From NCBI GenBank assembly GCA_030141605.1, contig JAQGDQ010000226.1, positions 1 to 64,000 on the forward strand: a DNA stretch of 64,000 bases. Direction: 5' to 3'. The DNA comes from Tubiluchus corallicola. Taxonomy: Eukaryota > Animalia > Priapulida. Both the position numbers and the translations under genes were made by a program. The first letter of the stretch is position 1. Every line of letters begins with the position of its first letter. Shown here piece by piece: positions 27,178 through 40,117 of this stretch. Below the pieces are notes generated by a model. The model made no database searches. It had not been told where the DNA came from and was given only the letters and a program-made list of their open reading frames with translations.

Positions 27178-28053
27178 CTTGTAATCATCTCCACTCAATA
27201 AAACTTGTGATCATCTCCACTCAATAAATCTTGTGATCATCTCCACTCAATAAATCTTGTGATCATCTCCACTCAATAAATCTTGTGATCATCTCCACTC
27301 AATAAATCTTGTGATCATCTCCACTCAATAAATCTTGTGATCATCTCCACTCAATAAATCTTGTAATCATCTCCACTCAATAAATCTTGTAATCATCTCC
27401 ACTCAATAAATCTTGTAATCATCTCCACTCAATAAATCTTGTAATCATCTCCACTCAATAAATCTTGTAATCATCTCCACTCAATAAATCTTGTAATCAT
27501 CTCCACTCAATAAATCTTGTAATCATCTCCACTCAATAAAACTTGTGATCATCTCCACTCAATAAATCTTGTGATCATCTCCACTCAATAAATCTTGTGA
27601 TCATCTCCACTCAATAAATCTTGTAATCATCTCCACTCAATAAATCTTGTAATCATCTCCACTCAATAAATCTTGTAATCATCTCCACTCAATAAATCTT
27701 GTAATCATCTCCACTCAATAAATCTTGTAATCATCTCCACTAATAAATTGTAATCATCTCCACTCAATAAATCTTGTAATCATCTCCACTCAATAAATTG
27801 ATCATCTCCACTCAATAAATCTTGTAATCATCTCCACTCAATAAATCTTGTAATCATCTCCACTCAATAAATCTTGTGATCATCTCCACTCAATAAATCT
27901 TGTAATCATCTCCACTCAATAAATCTTGTAATCATCTCCACTCAATAAATCTTGTAATCATCTCCACTCAATAAATCTTGTAATCATCTCCACTCAATAA
28001 ATCTTGTAATCATCTCCACTCAATAAATCTTGTAATCATCTCCACTCAATAAA
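27178..28053. repeat. 26-bp minisatellite, ~33 copies
   Basis: Unit cttgt(a/g)atcatctccactcaataaat; period 26. Confidence 0.97.
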
Positions 28054-28059
28054 TCATCT

Positions 28060-28362
28060 GATATCGAATTGTAAAGGATATAAAACAACAGACATTCTTG
28101 AATTTGTGGCGAAAATGAAATGGAAATGGGCTGGTCATGTGGCTAGATTTAAAGACAATAGATGGACTAAGCGATTAACAGACTGGTGCCCTTACAATGG
28201 GCGAAGGAATCTTGGACGTCCATCAACAAGATGGCGCGATGAACTTGTGAAATATCAGAAAATTAGTTGGCAGAGTTACGCCCAATTCAGGACATTGTGG
28301 CTAGCTAGAGAAGAGGGATTCATCCAACAGTGGATGAGCATATCCTGATGGTGGTGATGGTG
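28060..28362 (+). mobile_element. RTE-clade LINE 3' fragment
   Basis: KWKWAGHVARFKDNRWTKRLTDWCP...RNLGRPSTRWRD...EGFIQQW, then a (TGA/TGG)n tail. Confidence 0.9.
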
Positions 28363-28748
28363 ATTCCCGAACAAAAAGTTTCTATAGATTTTAAAAAAAT
28401 GAAAGCATTTTGTATTTGTTTTATAATCTTGTAACAGTTTCATAGTTGTGTTAAAAGAGTAATTTAATCTATTTTGTTTACTTCATGTTTTCATTTGCTC
28501 AAACCTACCGGTTTTAGTTTGTCGTATTATGCACTTCTCCAGTGTAATACTCGTTGGTCTAATATCTCAAAATGCTCAAGGGTGGCAGAAGACCACCCTC
28601 AAATATTCTTAAAACAGACCATGAGAACATGAGAAAACTGCCGCGAAAAAATACCTCAAAAACGGTTCAGTGTGATTTTGTGATTTATTACTGATATTTG
28701 TATTACAAATGGACGAAACAAATTAAAAGTTTACTTGATTGTTTTCAG

Positions 28749-28814
28749 GACGACACGGTGGCGGTCGTGATGGCTATGGCTATGATTATAACAGTCAGTA
28801 TCATCACAGTCAAA
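28749..28814 (+). CDS. Short-chain collagen, coding exon 3 (Gly/Tyr/His-rich)
   Basis: ttttcag|...A|gtaagt; 66 nt, phase 1-1; GRHGGGRDGYGYDYNSQYHHSQ. Confidence 0.7.
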
Positions 28815-30637
28815 GTAAGTATCGATAGTTTTACGAAGTGTAAGAAGCCACACTTGAGAAAGTGTAATAATTACACTAGGGTATTGTGAATATTTGCGGC
28901 CCGAAGTCAAATATGCATTACATTTGCAACGCAATTGTACATTAAACCAAAGGCGAAGTCGAAATAACGGCATTTCGCAGGCAGTACGACGAAAAAAATA
29001 ATAGTCTTTTTATCTTTCGTACCATCCCATATATGAGCTTCATTCATTACGTCATTCCATTTTATGCACTAATTTTTTTTTAATCATGATTCACTTTAAA
29101 TTTTCAGATTATCTCCATATTTTTTTCTATCACTGTGTGGGACAATCTAACAAGCCCTGCTTCTTGATTGCCCACAACACATTTACCTTCGTCTATAAGT
29201 GAACAGTGTTTGAGGCTTTTCCTGTGCAGTATTTCTTATTTGTATTATATTCATTGTAGGCCCTTTCACTAGATATTTTGTATATGTAATCATTGTAAAT
29301 GTGTAAGTGAAATAAATGACTTATGACTTATGACTTGTTTATTGAAAAGTTATGGGAAGATGGTCGCATCGTCTGCAAATTGATTTTATTTGCATTTGAT
29401 TTTGTATTTTATTGCGGTGCGCTTTTTTAGAAGTTCTGAGTTTACTTTGCGTGTACGATCTTATTTATAAACTGTATTTCTGTGGTGTTTTTTATTTTTT
29501 CTGTACGTACTTTTTGTATGTTCTGTACGTACGTGTGAGTCTTCACAGTTTTCTGTAAAAACATCTAAAATGATTTTGATTAGATATCGTTAAATTTTAA
29601 ATTTGCACACAATTTGTACACGTCGTGCTGAGTAGATATTAGGACACCATCCTAGTAGTAGTGAGTATTATGAATGACAGTCTCAAAGTTGATGACTGTA
29701 CATTTTTCAAGAGCGATTGAGAGTTGTCATGATTTTACCAGTCACTTACAGATACTAAGGTTCCATACTAATTATTAGGATTACAGGGCAGTGAAGGTCA
29801 CTACTTTCTTATTTACTACTTATTAAAATTTGAAAATAGCGTATTTTCATTAGTAGATCAAATATTCGAAAAAAAGCAAAAATTTTATTTTCAGCTGTTA
29901 AAACCGCCTCGGTTCTCTGCTGCACTAAACTCGTCATTACTGATATTCATGTAGTATGAAGGTTGCCCTGAGGTCATTGTTACATAGTCTTCCCATGAAC
30001 CTTAGATAATCTTAGATAACCTTAGAACCATAATCTTAGATAATGGTGATGGAAATATAAAAGCTGTCTCAACAAACCCGTGTTACAACCAGCCCCGGTC
30101 TCCCTTACGGTGCCACGCCTGCTGTACAGAAACAAACTGCAAATTCGTTTACTCTAGTTGCTTATGCTGATCAGGTTGTTGAAAATAGTTTTGATACCTG
30201 AAGTTTTTTACATGTAATACATACAATAGACCATAATCTGCTGTTGATTGTAGTAAAAAGAAACTAAGTTTCTGATGTCAAATGAAAATCGAATTGAACA
30301 AGAAAAGTTAAGTCTTTCGCATGATTAGGGTGTTTGCAGGGTGATCGTAAATCTCAGAACATCGGAGAAGCTTCGGATTTGGACGCATGCAGGATTTGCT
30401 TTTGCGCTGGGGTTTCTCCCAGGGGACCCACATGCAGCGCTTTCCTAGACCATCTAGTTGTGATCAGCATTTCATAAGATTAGCCCTAGCCACGTCGACG
30501 GCAGTGGTGATACGAGGCTTCTTCTATTCTTTTCTGTTACAGCTAAAATGATAAAGAAAGTTTATCAATTTGAAACTCTGTTATCGAATTGAAGGTTATA
30601 ATATAAGGTTTATTATTTCTGACGTGTTTTTTTACAG

Positions 30638-31422
30638 ATTGCAGATGTCCACCTGGACCTCGCGGACCACCAGGAGAACCCGGTAGAACTGTGACAGGCC
30701 CACCTGGTCCTCAGGGTCACAAAGGAAATGACGGTCCGATAGGGCAGCCGGGACAATCTGGTCAACCAGGACATCCAGGTAACGATGGTGATAAAGGACA
30801 TAAAGGTGAAAAAGGAGAAAAGGGGCATAAAGGAGATCCAGGGATACCAGGTACTGATGGACAGGACGGTAGAACAGGAGATCCTGGTATACCTGGTGAA
30901 AAAGGACATACAGGCGCACCGGGAGTGCCTGGCAGAGATGGCCTACCAGGGCAAAGAGGTGAAAAGGGTGAAAAAGGTCACAAAGGCGAAAAAGGTGAAA
31001 AGGGCCATCCTGGAGATGATGGTGAAGATGGTCAGGACGGAGCTCCAGGACAACCTGGCCCCAAAGGTGACCAGGGTCATCCTGGCAAGCCAGGATTTGA
31101 TGGGCTTGATGGGCTACCTGGATTAATTGGGGAAGCAGGTCCACGTGGTTACCCAGGAGTTCCTGGATTAGATGGATGGCCTGGTATACCTGGTAAAGAT
31201 GGAAAAGATGGTGCAGCAGGTGAGCATTGCGAGCCATGTGAGCCTGGCATTGATGGCATGCCCGGCCCAGTAGGCCCACCAGGTCCAAAAGGTGATAAAG
31301 GACACAAAGGAGACAAAGGCGATAAAGGTCACCCAGGTGCTGTGGGTCTACCAGGACCTCAAGGATTGCAAGGACCACCTGGTCGACCTGCCGGTAAACC
31401 AGGGCGACGTCATCGTTACTAA
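30638..31422 (+). CDS. Short-chain collagen, coding exon 4 (entire Gly-X-Y triple-helical domain)
   Basis: Acceptor ttttacag|; [16 protein letters not shown] followed by ~80 Gly-X-Y triplets with a CEPC interruption; stop after GRRHRY; a possible donor G|gtaaaa directly after the stop. Confidence 0.92.
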
Positions 31423-32385
31423 GGTAAAATATTAAGATTGTATTCGACAATAATGGTTAAAAACACAAAAAATTGCTAAAAGGTCTAGGCTAAAGTTTAC
31501 AATTTCCACACGAGAAATTAGTTCGTGAAGTTGATTAGGGTTAAGGTTGGGGTATTTAAATTGTGTGAGGAATTGTAAACTCCTTTCAAGATCCAAAACA
31601 TTACCTACGTCTATTTGAGTTTCGATAAACAAAGTATACACTCAAGAATTGTGAACCAAGATAGGATTTGATGACGAGACATTTTTACCCAATCAGTAGT
31701 GTGAAAACGTTTTCAAATAGTGAACAATTAATCTTAATGACCTTTCCCACCATTTCTTTAAGTATGAATTTACGTAGACGTTTCTATCTTCCTACTAATT
31801 GCCATGTACTTTGAAGAGACATATTAAGATATTAAAGTAATTAAGTACTAAGTTCAAAGTTACAGTATTTCGTTTTTCTAGCTGGCAGTTTTATCTGCAT
31901 CTATTGTCAAATACTAAGCAACGCTAAATTCAAACTTTCGTTATACAGAAGCCATGTAAAATATTGTTGTTCATAATTATTACACAACGTTCTGTTTATT
32001 AAAGCAGCGCTGAAAATTGTAATTTAGATACTGCGGATCACTACACCGTACTTAAAAATGGAAAACTTTGTACAGGCAGAATTAAGCCTCTTAATTAAAT
32101 TTAGGCATGAAGTCACTGATATCTGGTTGCGCACGCATGCGCATGCAGTGAAATACAAATGAAATGCACGTTTCAGACGTTTTCAGCTGAGATATCTACA
32201 GCGAATGAAATTTACAAGTAAATATGGCTATCACAGCCAAACTAGCTGGCAGGAACAACTTTCTAGGCCATTAACCATTTTTAAATGTCATCTGAAATAC
32301 TTTACGTGCAGTCCTACCGGGGTGGGGAGTAGCTTAATGGTAAGTCAATGATCGCTTCCTACTCAATACGTATCGGGTACAATTA

Positions 32386-32770
32386 CCAACCGAGTCATAT
32401 AAAAGATGGCACCACTAGTTCTTCTACCAAACACACAGGTTTGTCAAAGTTCCGACAGAGTCATATAAAAAATTGCACCAGTGTTTCTTCGACCAAATAC
32501 ACAGGTTTGTCAAAGTTTCGACCGAGTCATATAAAAAATTGCACCAGTGTTTCTTCGACCAAATACACAGGTTTGTCAAAGTTCCGACCGAGTCATATAA
32601 AAAATTGCACCAGTGTTTCTTCGACCAAACACACAGGTTTGTCAAAGTTCCGACCGAGTCATATAAAAAATTGCACCAGTGTTTCTTCGACCAAATACAC
32701 AGGTTTGTCAAAGTTCCGACCGAGTCATATACAAAAATGGCACCACTGGTCCATCGACCAAGCACACAGG
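32386..32770. repeat. 66-bp minisatellite, ~5.5-6 copies
   Basis: Unit cgaccgagtcatataaaaaattgcaccagtgtttcttcgaccaaa(t/c)acacaggtttgtcaaagttc; 22-aa periodicity in the ORF track. Confidence 0.95.
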
Positions 32771-33715
32771 TTAATCAAACTTACATGCAGGTACGTAATA
32801 ATAATCGGGACCACATTGATTTCTTTACTGAGTTACTTTAGTGTTAACCCTGGACTATGTCCTAGAAACAAAATTATTATATTATGCCAATGGCGCTGGT
32901 TTTCATTGCAATGTGTGCAAATAATCAGATCATTCAAATGACTCCAAAACGAAACGTTATGCAGAGAAAAATCAAAGAAAGGCTCGTCAGGTCAGCGGAA
33001 CAAATACTGCTGTATCAAAAACACCTAATAAACCTCTGTAGCTGAGCTATTTATAGATGCTAGCATGCACAAACTTCGTAACGGACAGAATTACTGGTAA
33101 TGGATGGGAGGGCTGTCCCTGAAAAACAGGCTTCAATGTTATTATTACATAAAAACCGTATGTAAATGAATTACTGTCATTTTTCCGATTTTTGCGATAC
33201 TAATCGTTTTAATATTACTAATGCAACTCAGAAAAACATTTCAGGTAAACCCATAATGTACTTATTAAATCCTACAATTTCTTTAGCGTGCTTTTATTAG
33301 GCTCTCGCGGCTCTACAAATGACTAATTCCAGCCAGTTCCATGGAGTGATCCCAGCCGTACTATAGCTGGCATAAACAACAACATTAAATTTTAGTTTTG
33401 TTTTCCTTTCAAATTTCACACTTACTGCAAAGTCATACAGTTTACCTTGCTCAAGATGAAAGTCGTCGTCTACAAAGTGTAAAGTATAAATTCTGTCACT
33501 CGGTGTTCAGTTCTTTTACCTGGACTGCACCTATGAATCAGCTGTTCTTGGAAAGTGGAAAATGACAATTCTTTGTTATGTGCATTATTAGAGTGGCACA
33601 AGTCAAAATGACGATGAGATATTTTTTATGTAAAAGTTTCGTTCAAAAACATGAATGACCAAAAGCATCACATGCTGTGAACTTTAACCAGTTAACTCGC
33701 TGCAATAATAAAACA

Positions 33716-33777
33716 GAGCAAACGGAGGCATCAGTGAGCAAACGGAGGCATCAGTGAGCAAACGGAGACATCAGTGA
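33716..33777. repeat. 20-bp tandem repeat, 3 copies
   Basis: gagcaaacggag(g/a)catcagt x3. Confidence 0.9.
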
Positions 33778-36009
33778 CGTCCGCTAAAACTTTCGCACCT
33801 GTGCACCCTTACAAATTTTTTTTTACTAGTACATGTGAACAGAGTTGTACTTTGAGCTTAACATTAAAAATCTTTCAACACTGCCCTAAATTAGTCTACT
33901 TATTTATTTTTAGTTTGCAAAAAAATCCAAAATGACTGAAACAAGATGGTTTAGGCTTACGTTTTGTACACATCTGCACATTCAACGCTGGAAGAACTCA
34001 GACACAAGGGCTACTCAAAGAGACGTTTGTGGCATGATGGAAATCTGACCCGTTATCAAGATTATCACTCAAACTCAACCGGCGAAGACATTTCAGTCAT
34101 GTTGAGCATGTTGTGTCCATTTTGTATAGACATGCTACCTCTATGGGTGTTCGTGAATGATACCTCCCAAAACTAGTACCGAATTTACGTCTTTTTCGCA
34201 AAATACGGGCACCTTATCTATTCACGTATCTAGGCGTACGAGCCAGGGGGGCTGATTCGGGCGCCTTATCTATTCGCGTATCTAGGCCAGGGGGGCTGAT
34301 TCGGGCAAACACATTTTTTTCGGGCAATCACCAAATTCAACCATCGCCTCACCAAAAACGTGAGATGAAATCGTAATGACGTAATAATCTTTAATTTTCC
34401 AGCACTCAACAGTTCCACGTATCACTAGAGTTTCTTCTGGGTAAAACAATTAGTATTAGTTTTGTATAGAAAGGCACGTTGTAAAAATGTGATTATGTTA
34501 ATCACAAGGCTATTAACACTGAGCGTCACACTTATAGTGAATGACTGTTGTTGTGACGTTCATTATTCACTTTAGGACATTATTATAAACATTAATTTTT
34601 TTACTGAATTTTTATTTTCAGAGAAATGCATTTGAAACAGAACTGTCTTTATTATCGTCGCGCAAATACGCTTGGGAGAAAAAACAAAGCGTCAGAAAGT
34701 ATCAAAACTTTTGCAGCAATTCATTAAGCATAGAAAACTTGCAGATTGTACGAAACCGTATCTTTGGTCTCGAGAATCGAATGCGGATTTCATCTTTGCG
34801 GACCAATTTTTTTCGGATCCGCAACTTAGTCGATCGGCTCATCCCTGTTCTAAAGTCAACTAATGATCGCACAGGCTGCACAGCCGTAAGGATCACGGAG
34901 TCAGCAATTCACTTTCTTTTCTATTGTGCAACTAAAACTCCCCATATAGGCATTATTTTCAGTATAGTTTAACTCATCAGATCTCATCTCTCAGCGCACG
35001 CATGAGCGTTATTACTGCTTAAATGCTAACAAGAGATTATTGTAACTGTTTCATTAGTAATTATCACCCCTGTCTTGTTCACGTTCTTGAATCAAGCAAT
35101 GACTTTGGTATTTTTTATACACGTATATGTACATAGGCTAGGAGTTACACAATGCTATTATATAATTACAAAAGCATGTTATAATTCTTCATACTGATAT
35201 GCGTGTGGAAAAGTACTCATGCACAGTGAAATACACCACAGCGTTTATATGCAATAATACTGTCGTTAATCTGGCTTTCCACTTACTTTTGTATTAATAA
35301 CTACAAATAATTATTTTAGAAGTGTTGACGTTTATATTGTAATCAGAAATGAAAGCGCAATAATGTGTTTTAATTTGTTTGAGGAAAAGCGTTGAAAGCG
35401 TCAAAACTAATTCATGATTTAATTTGCTAATAAATAGTCTTTATTTCATGTTCTGTCGGTAAAATGTTTAAACCTATATATGTATTATTTCTGGCATTAT
35501 TAAATATGCAAAAGTATAAATGTACAAATTCTAGTATAACACGAAATTTAAATGTATGTAAGTAAATGTTATTTGTTTCGATTGATGATGGGGAAATCAA
35601 ATCACCCACTTAAGCAAAGACATGACATAGCAACATTTCAGCCATAACATTGTCACGATCACGCAATTATACCTAATAAAAATTTATTGTACAAAATTAC
35701 TAATTAGGTCCAAAAATCAACCTTATAAACAAAAACAATTTCTATAATTATATTAAACTCACATATCGTGTAGTACATTGCCAAATTACGGAAAAATGAC
35801 TCAGAATTCATTTTTGACTCTTACCTGTGCATGTCAATAACAGAAACGCTCCAAACATGAACAACGAGCAAAATAATTCTAGGGCTTAATTGCTTGTTTT
35901 GCAATTTATGCAATTAAATTCATAATCGATTAGTGTGAATATATTGAAATGCAGGCTGTATCTCGCCGACAAGGGCTATAACTATCCAGGTTGGTTCGGT
36001 ACCAGCAGA

Positions 36010-36072
<63 letters not shown>

Positions 36073-36088
36073 CAGTAGTAGTAGTAGC

Positions 36089-36162
<74 letters not shown>

Positions 36163-36169
36163 CAGCAGC

Positions 36170-36222
<53 letters not shown>

Positions 36223-36236
36223 CAGTAGTAGTAGTA
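36010..36236. repeat. (TAG)n microsatellite; probably the expanded (TAC)n tail of the adjacent minus-strand LINE
   Basis: On the minus strand it follows aataaagattt immediately. Confidence 0.95.
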
Positions 36237-37012
36237 AAATCTTTATTTGCCATTTTAAAACATTGACCATCATAATACAAGACAGACAATCAGTGTTAGT
36301 TCAATAAAAACATACACTGTTCTGAGCAAATGCGTCTGGTGCAAGCTAAACTATAAGTGCCACTAGAAATTAAAAAAATAAAATATAAACTAGTATAGTA
36401 CGGCCTAGGAAAAATGAAATTATGATTTGAGTAAGTGTCATCGTGTTCGTATGTCGGATATTCAAAACGTGTCATTAAATGTTTTTTTTTAAATTTAGAC
36501 TTGAATATTGATAAAGAGCTGCTGTGTTTTAGTGATGTCGGTAATGAATTCCAAAGTTGTATAGCTTGTTTAGTCATGGAATTCTTTCCATATTGGTTGT
36601 TCGTCCTAATGTTTCTTAAATTTAGTGTTCTGTTATTCATACTGGGGTTTTTAAGAAGTGGGAGCTTATTGTTTTTGAAGGGAGCATTAATATTGTTGAT
36701 ATATTTATAGAGAAACAGGAGAGTTTGATAATCTCTGTGGGCTTCTAGTATCGGGATTTTCATGGAGTTTCTTAAAGAGGTGGCAGAATATTTACTTGTA
36801 TTGTGAGATGATTTCAAAGAATGGCCATTAACTAATCGTAAAGCGTAGTTTTGAAGTACATTTAACTTGATGTATGACTCTCTTTTCACTTTTTGGTACA
36901 GTATGCAGGCATATAAATAGTGGGGCAAAATTAAAGTTTTGTAAATTAGAATTTTTGTTTGTTTTGATAGCTGTCCTCTGATTTGTCGAAGGTACGAAGT
37001 ACTTAATGCCAT
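36237..37012 (-). mobile_element. CR1/L2-type LINE 3' fragment
   Basis: KILIYKTLILPHYLY...KLNVLQNYALRLV...QLWNSLPTSLKHSSSLSIFKSKFKKKHL; AATAAA and tandem tail. Confidence 0.88.
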
Positions 37013-38079
37013 TTTTTTTATAAATGTTGATAAACTGCTCTGCCCGATTGGAGGCCAAGCAGTTTAACACTTCTGACATCCATCCACGAAACAGCAGAAT
37101 GATGTGTGAGAAAAACGATATCTTTATTAGCAAATTACATGAAGTAGATTTGAAAATCATGATGAAATAGAGTTTACACTGTCGTAGATTAAACTAATTG
37201 GACCAGTAAAAGAGCAGAGACGACCGCATTTACACGGGCATGATGCATAACTTGGTTTCAACAGAAACTTACATTTAGCGTGAAAGGGGCGCCCAGCATA
37301 CTATCACCCTCCAAAAGCATTCCGATCTCGGAATGACAAGTTAGATTACAGCAAATTTAAAATTGCAAGCAAAAATTTTGACATAACTAAACAGTAAAAA
37401 TGTAAAAGTCAGCATAAATGTTTAAAATAAGTCCATTCAAGAAGTGTTTCTAGAAACCAGTGTCCGTGACAGAATTCCGGTACCGCCAATCAGAAGCGAG
37501 AAGCTAGACTCACAATCTAGCCATTGTGAGCCGGATCCGGTCTGGGAAATCCAGGATAGGTCCTGCACCAAGTTAGCAACAGCTAAGACAGGTCGAGTTA
37601 ACAGTAGAGCATGCTTCTTCCAGCTGTGAATCAAGACTCTATTGCAACTACAACTTTCAGACTGTACTTGGGGCACGTTTCTCATCCTACGGAAACAACG
37701 CAGGTAAATCACACATGGCATGTCGAATTACAGGACAACCAGTATGCCAGTTTTGATCATCGTTGTGTTACCGTCAAACAGATTGTTGCATCATAGCTGT
37801 CCATAACTGAATTGACCTCAAACATATTGGTCTATCGCTCCGCTATCTCTTTATAAAACGGATTTTGAACCTAGCCGTAAACCAACTTGTATTCAAGGCA
37901 AATCTGTGGTTTTTACTTATGAACGTTTGAACAATAGCTTGAACATTGTGAGCTGTGTGCTTGAACAATGTGCAATAGCACAACGTCTATGCCTATGTGG
38001 TATTTATGGTGGATAAGTGGAGATTAGTAATTCTAAAAAGTAGACAAATTGAAGAAAATTTTGTGAAAGGTACCAGTTA

Positions 38080-38093
38080 TAATAATAATAAAT

Positions 38094-38172
<79 letters not shown>
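38080..38172. repeat. (AAT)n microsatellite
   Basis: Directly visible. Confidence 0.97.
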
Positions 38173-38175
<3 letters not shown>

Positions 38176-38182
38176 GATATTT

Positions 38183-38618
38183 AAGATGGCGCCTGTGTAT
38201 GGTGACTTGGTTTTACGTACTCTTATTTTCTTCAGTTTGATATCATTAATTATTATTCATTCAGCAGCTACTTACATTTATGATAAAGAGGATCTGATTC
38301 GCATCAGAGATATATGTGGTAACATGCAAAGATATCATGAAAGATGAATTCCGTCTAGCTAATAAATATTTTGAAATGCTCCCCTCTGGTCGTAGATTCC
38401 GCTCAATTAACACTAAAACCAAAAGAACTTTAAATTCTTTCTATCCCGTTGCAATTCGCACCATCAACAGTAAATTTCAGTAAATCTCCAATATTAATTC
38501 TGTCACTGTACTACTGATTGAATTATTTGTGATAATCTCCTTGTTGTTTCCATAAGTTATTGCTGTACGTAAAACCACACGACAATAAATTGCTTACTTA
38601 CTTATTTACTTACTTTAC
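38183..38618 (+). mobile_element. Bipartite (internally deleted) Rex1/Babar-like non-LTR element
   Basis: 5' aagatggcg start with YDKEDLIRIR leader, joined to FEMLPSGRRFRSINTKTKRTLNSFYPVAIRTIN* (Rex1-type C-terminus), AATAAA and a (TTAC)n tail. Confidence 0.7.
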
Positions 38619-40117
38619 ATACATATCTAGCAATGCACTTTGAAGCTGATCTGGTGAGACTGGATTTCTTTCTTTAGTGTTGTCAGAATGACAGATCTTT
38701 TACTCATTTACACAGTTCGGTAGATTACAAGCCAGAGTCCAGCATTAAACAGCAGGCCTTACTTTTGGCGTTTGTGGCGTGACTGGAACATAGCTCATTA
38801 TTAAAGCTAAGCCTCTAAGAACTGGCAGTTGTGTCCAAACCATGTTAGACTGTATACATATTGTACACCCTCCTCCTATGAGGTAAACATTCGGGCAAGC
38901 GTGAACCAAGTGTTCATTAACATTCATCTTGGCATTGCTTAACTTCGATCTCGAAGCACATGTCATGCATTGACCACTGGGTCATTACTCATTATAGTTA
39001 TTAAGTACAGTTTATATGGATTATATGGAGTTTATTGCGCCAACCAAACAATATATCAAAAATACATCGTATAAAAACATGCCATTACTACAGAGCAGAT
39101 AACAGTTCCTCTAATTAAAAAAACATTAATTTATGTGCATTCATTATTTTCATATTAGAGACACGAGTGTGTAATACTGTCACGTGAGTATATAATTATA
39201 ATAAATTCATCTTTGATCAAGTGCAACAAATAATTTAGTACATCAGCATTTCTAATACATGTCACAGAAAAAGTGTGAAACAGGGTATCTATGAATTGCC
39301 TGGGCATTTTATGAAGCGTCTAACACATTTTCTTCTACACTTTTTCTAGGTATTATATATATAATGCGAAAGTTTTATTAGGCAAAGCTCGTAAGTCTGC
39401 TTGTTTTGGATATGCTGTTCCTAGGCATTTTATATAACGCCAATTTCGTTTTAGAGAATGTGCGAAATAAGTCACGTTTTATGTGTAACTTATTTATGCA
39501 AACTTGCAAATTTATGTGTTAAAAAGGTAACAAGCATTTCAAGTAAACATTGAGATTGCACAATTTTTCATTCACAGCCTGCTGCAAAAGTGTTGTGTTT
39601 TAGGATCCCGAACAAAGTGCATTATGTTGGTCATGTCATTGGTGACGTTGTTGTCACAGTTATCTTTAAAGGCTGTCACAGGGTACAGTTTCCATTGAAA
39701 CTGAAATTTTGCATGAAGATACACTATTGCTCAGAGCCTGATTTTTCACTTTCCCATACGCTCAAGTATGTCCAGTAAGTAGATCATACCCATTAAATGG
39801 ATCTACCCCATATATATTGTTGCATGGGACCAATTCTTACAATTGATAAAGTCGAAATTTTGAGAAAATAACGTGTTTAAATAAGTCTAGTGGGCTAGTG
39901 TATAACGCGTACTGAATTACAAATTAAATAATGAAAACAATATCCGTTTTCTTGCTTGAATAAGTTAAAGTTAAACATTTCTCGTAACAACAATTTTTAT
40001 ATAACGGCGAGTCGACTTAGAAAACTTCCAACTATGTGTGCCTAGGTATGTCTACGTAAGAATGTAAAAATGAATGAAATAAATGTAATCAGATATCATC
40101 CGCTGTCCGTAAATAAA

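Noticed and set aside
30632-31450. 272-aa minus-strand ORF (also antisense ORFs over SRP54, FucT and Gypsy gag)
   Set aside because: Shadow ORFs of real coding sequence on the opposite strand
32348-32941. 197-aa repeat ORF and overlapping ORFs
   Set aside because: A 66-bp minisatellite open in several frames on both strands; no coding signature
37437-38966. Short minus-strand ORFs at 37437-37721 and 38745-38966
   Set aside because: No recognisable domain or consistent exon chain
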